A program made the translations under genes and the position numbers. A DNA stretch of 63,387 nucleotides, filler included, from Phoronis australis (lineage: Eukaryota > Animalia > Phoronida), in the NCBI GenBank assembly GCA_002633005.1. It is 8 parts of 8 records of this genome, joined end to end, with 100 filler letters (N's around TTAATTAATTAA, not from the genome) between each part and the next. Parts side by side here need not be neighbours in the genome. Positions count along the whole stretch, not along the records: positions 48,910 to 52,293 come from NMRA01003052.1; positions 52,394 to 56,584 come from NMRA01002672.1; positions 56,685 to 59,363 come from NMRA01003502.1; positions 59,464 to 63,387 come from NMRA01002769.1; 4 more parts are not named here. One strand, written 5' to 3'. The notes beneath the pieces are model-generated. The model had not been told where the DNA came from and ran no database searches. It saw only the letters and a program-made list of their open reading frames with translations. Position 1 is the first letter of the stretch. Every line of letters starts with the position of its first letter. This document shows positions 49,344 to 60,354 of the stretch, piece after piece.

Positions 49344-51246
49344 ATGTCAAGTGAAGAAAATAAAAGAGTTGTTCGCGCACTGGGGAATTCGGAGAAGCTC
49401 TTTGCCGACTGCATGAATTTCACTGGAATGATGAACATCGTGTACTGCATGGAAATGTCCACCAAGGAACAGCTCACTGACTCCACGATGTTGACCTCGT
49501 TACAAAACTGGCGAAAAGTGTTTCCCATGCTCCGCATGTCGATAGTAGAGCGTTACGGTGTGAAATATTTTCAAGAAATGAACAAGGATGTAGTTGATTA
49601 TAAACGCGTCGATGGCGAGTGGCTTTTTGGAGTATACCATGAGTTGTTACATGCAAGGTTTTCTAAGGACGGTCCATTGTGGCTCGTGCGGCTTGTACCG
49701 CAAAATAGCTCGGTCCCAAACATCTACAAGTACGCCGTTGTTGTCAGCTGGATGCACGTGATAACAGACGGAATGTCCAACATTCGCATGTGTAACCGTT
49801 TGGCAGAAATCATTGACGCGACTATAGAGGGCAGCACTGTTGTATACAGCGACGAAGCGGAGGTGATGCCAGCATGTGAAGCGTTGCTGCCCCAGAAGGA
49901 ATATACGTGGAAGGAAGTACTACCGTCGCTTAGAGAAATGCTCGGTCACAATGGATCAACAATATGGGGCCAAACGTTTCCAGGTAAGGTAGCATGCCAA
50001 AGACTTCATTCAAAATCAAAATTTGTCTAGGTTATAATGTACCAGAAATGTTTGTAAAGTTGCCTTCTCGATTTAAGATTTAAAGACTGAGTTTGCGTTT
50101 GACAATAACACGGATAGATTCCGACTGACTGAATCATGACGACAGAGGCGGTACTGTCATAGGCGGCGCACTGACACTGAAAAATGTGGGGGCTAAAGCC
50201 CCCTCAGCCCCCCCTGTGGTGCATCGGCTATAGACCATGTGCAGCGTAGCACTTCGGAAAAAAGTGGGGGCTACAGCACCCCAGCCCCCCAAGGTGCGCC
50301 GCCCATGGCTGTATGAGAATTGTCTGGGATTGAGGTCAAAGGATGAGGAACAAAGGAGATTTAGAAAAATAATAGAGATTGAAGGCTGGGAGTGAGGGAG
50401 GAAAGGACTAGGCCGTGGGTGGTTGGGTGGGTTAACTTGTCCATTCGGGAATACTTAGCTAAAGAACGAAGGTATTGACGGAAGAACTTCAGTAAAATTC
50501 GATTAGAGAGTTACCGAACGTACACTATTTCTTTTACAGTCAACAAGGAAAGCGAGTACGCGATGCACTTCTTCGACATGGGTTCATTAACGGAGGAGGA
50601 ATCTGGAAAATTGGTTGGGCGTTGTAAGCGGGAACAAGTCACCGTGAATAGTGCCTTGGTCAATGCCGCCAACCGTGCTGTTTGTGCAGAGCTGAAGAAC
50701 GGTGGCGCCGAAGGTGAAACGTTCAACTTGGTGACCTCTTATGCTGTCAGTCTGCGGCGTTATTACGAGCTCGACCAGGATGTTTATGGGTTTAACGTCG
50801 GTAATCTTAAGTTATCAAGTGCAGTTTCCGTTCAGGATATGGGGGATTTCTGGCCAACCACCAAGAAGCTAGGCAATGACGTCATTGATGCCTTGAATAA
50901 GGGTGACTTACAAAAAGAAACGCTCACGGTCAATACCCTTTTGGATGCGGAAACTATCTTAGTGCAATCGTCAGAGCAGTTGGCGACTCACTACGACGTC
51001 AGCTTTTCCAACCTCCGTGACGTAACTGGTATGTTTCCAGGGGAGTACAAGAATGCAGAAGTTACCTGGTTGTGTCGGTCCACCGCTTGCCAGCATTACG
51101 GTATTCCCCTAGGATTCAATTTCACCACCTTTCGTGGTAGACTCTTATGTAGTTTGGACGTTAATACTTGGTATTGTTCAATTGAACAGGCCTCTAATAT
51201 CGGTAAATTGACCATGGACATATTAAGAACGGCACTTTCACAGTAG
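49344..51246 (+). CDS. Stand-alone condensation-domain / CoA-dependent acyltransferase (alcohol acetyltransferase/PapA5-like), 448 aa; exons 49344-49983 and 50540-51246
   Basis: Phase-1 intron (ccag|gtaagg ... ttttacag|tc) joins two long ORFs in frame. N-terminal RALGNSE, FPMLRMSI, GPLWLVRL, active-site HVITDG (HxxxDG), C-terminal CKREQVTVNSAL, SFSNL, TFRGRL. Confidence 0.85.
50158..50307. mobile_element. Intronic MITE with CATAGGCGGCGCAC / GTGCGCCGCCCATG TIRs and internal tandem structure
   Basis: 14-bp TIR with one mismatch; flanks actgt/gctgt; two internal gtgggggcta..cagccccc units. Confidence 0.7.
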
Positions 51247-51328
51247 GCCAAGTGAACCTAGTTTAGTTGCCTGATCCCCTCAACTGTAGTCTTACCAACT
51301 CGACATAAACAGCATTGTCCGGCAGAGG

Positions 51329-51388
51329 GAGCAGCAGCAGCAGCACAAGCAGCAGGAGCAGCAGCAGCAGGAGCAGCAGCAGCAGCAT
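51329..51388 (+). repeat. (GCA)n microsatellite, 3' of the acyltransferase stop
   Basis: Seen directly. Confidence 0.9.
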
Positions 51389-52393
51389 TACTAGCATTTG
51401 TCACTCAGCAATATATTTTTAAGGACCCCTTAAAGCGGAACTTGCACGCTTATTCTTTATCTCTGAGATTGCTTGGTCAAATTATTAGAACCATTTAGCT
51501 ACGGTGTGAATACATGTATTAAGTAATTTTAAAATTACCAAATGTTTTTGGAACGAATTTTGTGTCAAAATGATCTGCCGCAAACCACTGAACCGTGTGT
51601 AGTAAGTACTGTATCTTGATGTGGTGCTGAGGAATGAGACTGCATGATGCGGGCTATGTGAGCCAGCGAGGTACAGTGTACGTCAAGTATGCAAAATCTT
51701 CACATTTACAAGGTGTCAATGAATAAAACTGCACTTTGTTTAGCGTACATGATGCTCAAATAGCATCGTCGTTTAGTTCCTGAAATACATTAGCATTCAT
51801 GTAGTTAAGAGCATGCAAATATGTAAGCCTTTTTAGCAGCCGAGACAAGGTCACGACTCCAGTGATGCACACATGAAGAAAAGCTCGTATTCTTGCCATT
51901 TTGCTTGAAGGGTGTAAACCAATCATGGTAGATGCGTAATTACCTTAATTATGATTAAAGCCTCAAATAGACGTACACCAGTATCGTTCCCAGCCAACTT
52001 TTACTGTTGTTTGCGACTTACTTTCTAAGCTGTTATACAAAAAAATGTACACGCCACGTGCTGGGAATTGATACGGAACCAAGTATAAGAAATGGATAAC
52101 AAAAATCGAATCTGTGGTTATAAGTATGTCGTTAGCATGAGATCGAAATATCGAAATGTCAACTTACTAATTGAAAAAAGGAATTGCTGTGTTTATGACC
52201 ACAGAGGCCTGAGGCGAGTCGAAGCATTCGTTTTCAACGCCATTAGATCAAAACTACGTTTTGTCTTTGCATGCGCGTACCCAGCCTTTAATANNNNNNN
52301 NNNNNNNNNNNNNNNNNNNNNNNNNNNNNNNNNNNNNTTAATTAATTAANNNNNNNNNNNNNNNNNNNNNNNNNNNNNNNNNNNNNNNNNNNN

Positions 52394-55300
52394 CTCCCCC
52401 TGTAGTTCAGAATGCTTGATACACGTGGTCATCATGTTCTGGGCCAAGGTCACATGATAGTCGATGGTTGGAGACTCGATGGGCTTGTTTATAAATAACT
52501 GGCAAGACTGAAACAAACAATTGGATTGCAAAACTGAATTCCGCGGTAGACGTTTTGATGACTTCCTGTTAGAAAGCACTAGTACCCCATATGTAATCAC
52601 TGTCAGACTAAATGTCATTACCTTATCATCATGACATATTATTAAAGCTACCCTGACCGTGCATTCCCTTTACACTCAGCTATAATGATGGGGAATTTCG
52701 GGTTATTCTGTAAAATAATTTTGGCATGTAATGTACGGTTCTTTTTCTAATTTACTGCTGCTTAACACTTGATGCAAGTTTCAGTTCTCTGGATCAGATC
52801 TTCATCAAACCTAATCAGAAGCACATAAAACTCCTCAGGGCTGTTCCAGCAAAATCTGTGTGGGAGGGGGGGGAAGGCAACTGAAATAAAAATTTATGGG
52901 TGGTTGCGTTTGATTTAAATTCAAAATGGCTGGTGGTCGTACTTCAAAAAAATAAAAATTTACAGGTCGTTGTTGTTTCATTGGGCCATAAATGTTTGAT
53001 GGTGGGTAATTTTAGTAAATTTTATAAACAATCCGCACAGAATCAAAAACTGAAACAAAAATGCAACTTGCAAAAAGCTCCGACTTTTTCACTCCCTCCG
53101 ATCTCCTCGAATTTCTCGATGGCTAATAACCATATATAAGAAACATATGTTTTCTTAGTAATGAATGACGTTAGTGGTGATGGAGGAACAGATAAACTCA
53201 AGCGCCTGTGCAGTCAACCACAAGAACAAAAAAAAATTACGGGTGGTTGCATTTCAAACTTATAAAAAATTACGGGTGGTAGGCTGAACAAATAAATGAA
53301 AAATATGGGTGGTGGGTGCGAAAAAAAGGTGCCTTCCCCCCCCTCCCATACAGATTTTACTGGAACAGCCCTCAGACAATATAAATCTATGCCCTTTTCA
53401 CCAATTAACCATGTTCTTTTATTTTTTCAGGCATTGCTAATTTGGGTGCATTCCCGAGACACCCGTTTCCCTTTTCATAAATAACCAGAAAGCAGAGCTT
53501 TACGGACAAAAAATGCACAGCAGTCGTACTAATATCACAGAACTGTCACCTTAAACAGATCCAAGGCTTTAGCCTGAAGACTCTCACATGGCAGAGTTGT
53601 GAGGGAAGATGAGAGCAGATCTTTGGTATGTAAAAGAGTTGGATGTCTCCAGTAAGCAGACCCTGGAAATTCAAAAGATAGCATAACATAACATTTTTTT
53701 TCTTTTTTACTTAAAATTAATTTAATTAATAACAAAAATGCCAATCGATAAAATGACACTAGAAACCGACCTCTTTAAGGCTGCACAGTGTTGTCAATGC
53801 CGGGTAATACTAGACAAATTGCTCAGACATATTACCTGTGAATCACTGTTACTAGGGCTGTCACCAAGTAATTGTGATACACACCACAAGGTTTCATCTG
53901 AAAACTTCCTAATGAAATAAAAACCGACTATTTTCAGAAGGTTCCTGATGCACAACTAGGTATCTTATATAAACAAAATTCAGTTGGTCTTCAAGTAGGT
54001 CACACCAGCAATGAATTGACCATGGAATTGACATCAAGGTCATAAAAACTGACTGGTTTTAGAAAACCAGATATTCACTTTGGTCTCGAATACAAATAAA
54101 TACAGTCAAGTCAATGGGTTTTAAGGCATTGTGTTAGCAACGTGTGTGGAACCTAGGTGCTACATATCGCTACAAAGCCTTTTGTGCCACGCTACATAAA
54201 GAGAAGGGTCAAGGTTCATGCACAAAGACAATAATTATGCGTACACTGCAACCAAGGTTCTGCATTCTACTGACTGGCAATTCATACACTGTAACAGCTT
54301 TTTCCTGTTTAATTATTAAACTAAACTTACAGTAAAAATGGACCACAGGTGCGCGAATCTTCTATTGAAATTTTCCAGTAGTGTGTGCAGTGCATGGAAC
54401 ATTTTTGCAATGATCATGCGGCAGTTGAGAACCAAAGTTGCCACACATTTAATGTCACCTTTTAGAAGATGTCTTACAAACCCTCGTAATAATGGAGACA
54501 ATCAGGAACCCAAGACAACTAGAACTAGCGAGCAATGTGTGCTCACTCCAATCAGTTCTTACCCGGGTCTCCATCACAATCTAGCAGCCTGGAAATGAGT
54601 TTCTCGTACTCCGTCCCAATATCACCCATACCCCCTCCTGAGGCCACGGCCAGGTAGTACAGCCAGCTGTCCTATAATATTGACACACGGTCTCAACTTT
54701 GCTTACAGGGGGTACAATGTTCTGTGAACATTCAAAAGCAGATGGAGAGTTAAAATGCAAATGCAAGGCAAATCATAAACTATATCACCATTCAACAAAT
54801 GGATATATCTTAGTTACAGATTTCGTGATACCTTTTAATGGGAAACTCTAGTTGCAGAAGCAGTAACAAAGAGTAGCACTCAGCATTCAAATAAGTATGC
54901 TTCATTTTTTCCAATCACTTGCAACTTGTCACTCTAAAAAGTGCTTAAATATCAAATCATCAAAAGAAAACTTTTACAAAGTGCAGTGATTTAGTTCCAC
55001 CTGGCTAAAACAATCTTTGGCAAATCGTTTCTGATTGACTTATATTTTGACTTCCTAACGTGAACTGGTCCCTGTTCCATAGATGCGACAATTTTGTGAA
55101 AATGCAAGACCACTCAAAACTTCGCGAGATATCGCAATGAATTTTGTAAGCTAAGCATGGGTGTGGAGATTCTCGCTTCTACACAACGTAAACCCGATTT
55201 ACACAATTTAATAATACTAACAGTTTTGGCAAAACTTCATGAAAAATTTTCAACTCCTTAAACAATAATCACTATTGAAACATGACAATTACAATTAATG

Positions 55301-56434
55301 GGAACAGTCACAGATTTGAGAGGAATCAACACTAATTACCCTGTCCTTTTTATTGTGCACCATCAAGTAGGTTGGTGCCTGATGTGGCGGCCATATTGCA
55401 ATGGTGAAGTGACTGGACACATGCATATCTTCACTGTCCGAGTCACAGGAATGGTCGATCTCTTCAACACGAGCGTCCTTCAGAACAATCTGTCCAAACG
55501 GAGTCTGAAATGACAATCAATCTGACATCTAGCACTGGATTTCAGAAACTGAGTTTCGAAACAGAGAATATGCCTTAAGATGCTTCAATTTTGCACAAAG
55601 ACACATATCAGCTCAAGGTCAAAGTACGCAACAAAGATTCCACAATTTGTTGGTGAACAATCACAGTTTTCAGTCAAACTTTCATGGAAGCTTTACAAAA
55701 ATACGCAAATCACCTGCCTCTTGGCATGTAGTCACATTCGTTGTAATTTTAAACAAAGACCAGAGTTCCTTCATTATCATGATTCCAATAAACTTTTAGC
55801 AAAGGTCACCTTTTCTGTCTGATTTTTGTAGTAGAACAGGAAGCGTCCAACCAGGGAGCACCAACACCGGCGTCGAGCACCATTCTTTGTCTATAAGAAA
55901 ACAAAGTTCGCTGTACAAATCTCATCCTGCCTTCAAGGAAATTTGCCTTCAAGGAAATTTGCCTTCAAGAAAATTTGCCTTCAAGAAAATTTTACAAAAT
56001 TTTCGACAAAGGACTCGTACGTGGCTACATTCTACATAGCGCAGTGTCTAAGTCCAATGGTTGATAAGAGTGCTTGAGCAGTAAATGACCCAATAGGACA
56101 AAGACCAGAGTCGAGGATCTAAATTGAAATTCAATTCAGAATCAAGTTAATCTGACAATCACATAGCAAGATTCGAGTGTAAATTTTTAATTTACTCGAA
56201 GCCTAGAAAATCAGAAATTTTCAAGTCGAGTTTCGAGTGCAGAGATTAGGATACCGCGGCAAAGAGAAACAAAGCATTTGTATTTGCCCTCAGTATCACG
56301 TACACGACTATGCAAAAAAAAACAATTCAAGTCCCAATAGCCCACCTTAACAGCCCAACCTTTCATTGGAGACTTGGCGTCGACACTTCTCAACACAAGA
56401 GTGGCTGCGTGACGTCTCAGCACATTCTGAATAA
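52394..56434 (-). CDS. PLEKHH: PLEKHH1/2 (MAX-1) ortholog, internal fragment (second PH domain to MyTH4 start); exons 56434-56346, 55890-55810, 55504-55340, 54671-54563, 53662-53550, 52507-52394
   Basis: Six exons with canonical splice sites and compatible phases give ...MKGWAVK TKNGARRRCWCSLVGRFLFYYK..TPFGQIVLKDARVEEIDHSCDSD..PTYL..DSWLYYLAVASG..GTEYEKLI..DGDP GSAYWRHP..SLTTLPCESLQAKALDLFK SCQLFIN..IDYHVTLAQ..HSELQGE, colinear with PLEKHH1/2. Confidence 0.93.
52838..53371. mobile_element. PIF/Harbinger-like MITE in a PLEKHH intron
   Basis: About 42-bp TIR GGGCTGTTCCAGCAAAATCTGTG... / ...CAGATTTTACTGGAACAGCCC; 3-bp TSD TCA. Confidence 0.8.
55928..55993 (+). repeat. 16-bp tandem repeat (TGCCTTCAAGGAAATT) x4 in a PLEKHH intron
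   Basis: Seen directly. Confidence 0.9.
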
Positions 56435-58520
56435 CTGAAACAGAAAGTAGCTTTGCTACGGTGCACAAAAAAGACATCCGTGGTCAGAACACATTAAAAC
56501 ACCGTGAACAGTGAATTTTCCCAAAATTGCTTCAGTCACCCACAGTGCAATTAATACTTTGTCGATCTAGGATATTTTGTAAGGNNNNNNNNNNNNNNNN
56601 NNNNNNNNNNNNNNNNNNNNNNNNNNNNTTAATTAATTAANNNNNNNNNNNNNNNNNNNNNNNNNNNNNNNNNNNNNNNNNNNNTATGATAATTCCAACA
56701 AATTTCATGGTGTTACCTCGAGTTCTTTGTTTGTAACAAAACTTAAAAATGGGACCAGTACACCGATATTTTTTGAATTCCAAGCAAAGGTTATCACTAA
56801 TATCTCAAAAACTGTTTATTCCAGTCATCTGATATTTTAACACATGGAAAAGTTTTCGGTAAATGTGAAGTCAAAGACATATCTGTTTCATCCATTGGTG
56901 GTAAATACATAACTAACCTAATTGCTCATGTAGACATAGTTTACAATACAAGTCATCATGAACATTCAGCCCCAACAACAGAGAAAACGTGCACAATGAT
57001 TTTATCTTATTGTTAAATGTGTATAAAATGATAAAAGTGTCTATAATTTATTAATTGCTAGTTAAACTGTTGATTAAATCTCAATAACTCTTGAGTGTGC
57101 AACGGTACTGGATTTGTTTAAAGGGATTACAACAGAACTTGTGTTTTACTAGTGCAATAGGAATATATCGCTCGTATCCTGAATATTATTTAGAGTTACT
57201 GGACATGTGAGTGAGTTTTCACATATCTACACAGCGAAGTCCAAACTTCGTGAACTGGGCTCTGCTTACTAGTACGTAAGAGTGGGGCCCTGAGGCCAAG
57301 AACGACTCGGAGGCGAGTTTTGTTTTGAGTTACTTGCGATCTCTTTTTGGGTGCCTTACTGGTGCTTGAATACCAAGCTGCTGCTGAATAATCAAATTGG
57401 CATTAAAACAAAAGTACAACGGGTTTTGTTGCTTTGTAGCTGTGCTCAAAGCTTAAAACTTCAAGAAGTCTATTCCATCNAGGTAGTACATTCTACTCAG
57501 TAAAAATCGAAAAAGTATCAAAATCGGGGCAAGCACTGTAAAGTTATTGCAAGTTTGTGGCGAAATTTGGGTCACTTTGTTTGTATCGCGTCGGCCATAT
57601 TGGAGGACAGCGGGATGAGTTACGAGTTTAAAACTTTGTGTAACTTGTTTTCGCCAACAAATTACGGTGAAATTTAGTTAGACATATCTTTACTTACTAT
57701 TCTGTACGATTTAGCAGTGTTCACCAAATTTCAGCCTCGCAGTTGTTACTCATTAAGTAATAAATGTGCTCACAATTCCTGTTGGACTTCGTCTCAATTC
57801 TGGCTGCACCTACACCATGGCGACTTTTGCTGAACTGAAAGGCATGTTCAATCGGCTACTTTGTAAATTTGTGAAGATTTAACGTTGATACATTTTGACA
57901 AACGTTGATGCAAAAAAGAAACTTTGTTCAATTTTCGTGTTTTTTGTGTTTGTGGCCAGCGACCAGTTAGGCCTAATGGTAGTCTTGGCGCAAAGCTGCC
58001 TCCCGTTCATTAACGCTAGGACCTCGCTAAAAAGCAAGACTTCGCGAGATTACGTGAGATATTACCGAGCATTTTAAATAAGAACACGTGACTTTGACTA
58101 CGTTTTAGCTAGGTCCTAGCGTAGGTCCTAGCGTCTACTGAACGCACGCCTGTATAGGCCTACTAACACAGCTGTATTTTGACTATAGTCTTGACTCAGT
58201 AGCTGGTGACTGAGGCTAACTAAGGTCTGCCGCGGGAGTGTGACACAGGACTAACCAGCCCGTAATTTCATGCAAGTGTCTGAAACTACCCTTGAATATA
58301 TGCAGCATTTATCATTTGATCATTTTACTTCGACAAAACAGCTTGCAACCGCATGCATTTACCGTTCGCCAGTGTCTGGTCTCGATCCGCACCGGGTAGC
58401 CTACGATAGGCTGCGGTCCCGAGTCTGGCAAAATAATTTCTGTCAAAGTTTATTCGCCACATTTTTTCAGCAAATTCCATAAAATTGTCCTTAGTTTGAT
58501 TTTATCAAAATTAAGTCGCG

Positions 58521-58697
58521 CTGTCGATTTATTTTATCCCCGTTTGCTGGCTGGTAACAGTACAGGCACTGCTCCAGTCGCACTGACGGCGTTTTCTTAG
58601 CCTGGGTTNCTGTCGATTTTTTTATCCCTGTTTGCTGGCTGGTAACAGTACAGGCACTGCTCCAGTCGCACTGACGGCGTTTTCTTAGCCTGGGTTC
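58521..58697 (+). repeat. 88-bp tandem duplication joined at a single n (probable assembly overlap)
   Basis: 58521-58608 versus 58610-58697. Confidence 0.85.
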
Positions 58698-59463
58698 CTG
58701 AATGAATTGTACTTCCGGGTTCGCGGCAAGTTCAAAATCCGTGTTTCTTCGGGTGCGAATCGTGAGTGGCGCGTTCATTTAAACTGTTTTCGAGTACGGA
58801 TCGTGTATTAGTTATGGACTAGGTACTTCTTGGATCCTTATAACATCTTCTAACCATGTAATAAGGGTTAACAACGCGGGAGAGAAGGACTTTAAAGGTA
58901 ACAAAGCTGGATGCAACACCAGGAGCCATGCTTTTTGGATGAGTAGCCATGTTTTGTGAATGCACAAAATGTGCTTACAAAATCCAAATGTTGTGGTCAT
59001 AAGTGAGAGAATTGTGCTGTTTGAGTGGTGTGATTGATACAATAATCCACGTCAAAATAATCTAACCTAAATTTGTGGGAACGTCCAAGCCATGGCTGCA
59101 TAAGCTGTTGAGTAGCATGCTTCACAACAGCTTCACTTTTTGTTGGGTTGTAATTTAGAACATCACACAGCGTATTTCCATGTTGACTATTAAGTCAACT
59201 AGGAACAGTCAGTGACTAAAATGCACAGGAAAGGTTATACGTCAAACTTATAGATTTGTGATGCCAAATTGAGTTCAACGAGCATGCTGTTAGATCATGA
59301 ACTTCACCTTCTATACCAGTGACTTTGGCAGCCCACTTTCTCCCCACATCAGCGATGATCTTCNNNNNNNNNNNNNNNNNNNNNNNNNNNNNNNNNNNNN
59401 NNNNNNNTTAATTAATTAANNNNNNNNNNNNNNNNNNNNNNNNNNNNNNNNNNNNNNNNNNNN

Positions 59464-59720
59464 ACTGATCATGGGAGGTGTAAGGGGAGACGGACTCTCT
59501 TGTCTTGACCTCTGATCATGGTAGGTATAAGGGGGAGGTGGAATGTCTAGTCATGACCGCTCATGGTGTAAGGGGAGATGGACTCTGTAGTGTTGACCAC
59601 TGATCATTGTAGGTGTAAGGGGGAGGCGGACTGTCTAGTCTTAACCGCTGATTGTGGGAGGTGTATGGGGGAGATGGACTGTCTAGTCTTGATTGCTGAT
59701 TGTGGTTGGTATAAGGGTGT
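59464..59720 (+). repeat. Minisatellite, 47-48 bp unit, more than 5 copies
   Basis: Repeated ctgatcatgg.aggtgtaagggg.ag..ggact.tctagtcttgacc. Confidence 0.85.
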
Positions 59721-60269
59721 GCTCATCTATTCATAGCTTGATGATAAACCTGGGATTGTCTATTCATAGCTTACTGATAAACGTGGACTCATTTATGCAT
59801 GTTTTGGTGATTAATCTGAGCTCATCTGTTAGTGCTGGCCTTGTCTACTGTTATCAGGCATTGTGTGGGACCATAGATTATAGACAACAGATTCGCAACT
59901 GCGGCATATCCTTACGTGCTCAGTTGAACTCTCCTGACCTATCTGCTGCAGTTTCCGGTCAGTGTATTTTGACGAGAAATACTTGCATCTACTTTACTGT
60001 CCAAAACAACGAAAAAAATATTAATTTCTATTAATTTCGGCATTGAAACGCTTTTCAAAGTCTTTCAATAGTAGAAGTGTTGGTATTGTGAGTACTTTTG
60101 GCAATGCTACTGGTAATTAATTACAAAATTCAAACTTCGGTGCCGACCCATTATGTCGTCTGCTTGCCCAATAGCAGCATAGTTATCGGACAGTTTTTGA
60201 TTTATGGTTCACATAGGCCTACTGAGAAAACTACGAAAGAATGTTTATAAATCAACATTATCAAGTGAG

Positions 60270-60354
60270 CAGTTCTTCTGGGAAGTGTTGAGTGGCCCTT
60301 AAAAGGGCCGTTGGTTGTAGCTATAGCGTGAAATGGTTCTTAAAAGAACCGTTG
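60270..60354 (-). promoter_or_regulatory. Two tandem histone-mRNA 3' stem-loops plus an HDE-like purine tract
   Basis: Minus strand: UCAAC-GGUUCU-UUUA-AGAACC-AUUUC (60350-60335) and CCAAC-GGCCCU-UUUA-AGGGCC-ACUCA (60309-60294), followed by CCAGAAGAAC. Confidence 0.7.

Noticed and set aside
31141-51246. Apparent defence/toxin cluster (channel + MACPF + acyltransferase + DIRS)
   Set aside because: The genes lie on different segments separated by artificial linkers.
59464-59720. CRISPR-like regular repeats
   Set aside because: Contiguous degenerate units with no unique spacers and no cas genes, in eukaryotic context: a minisatellite.
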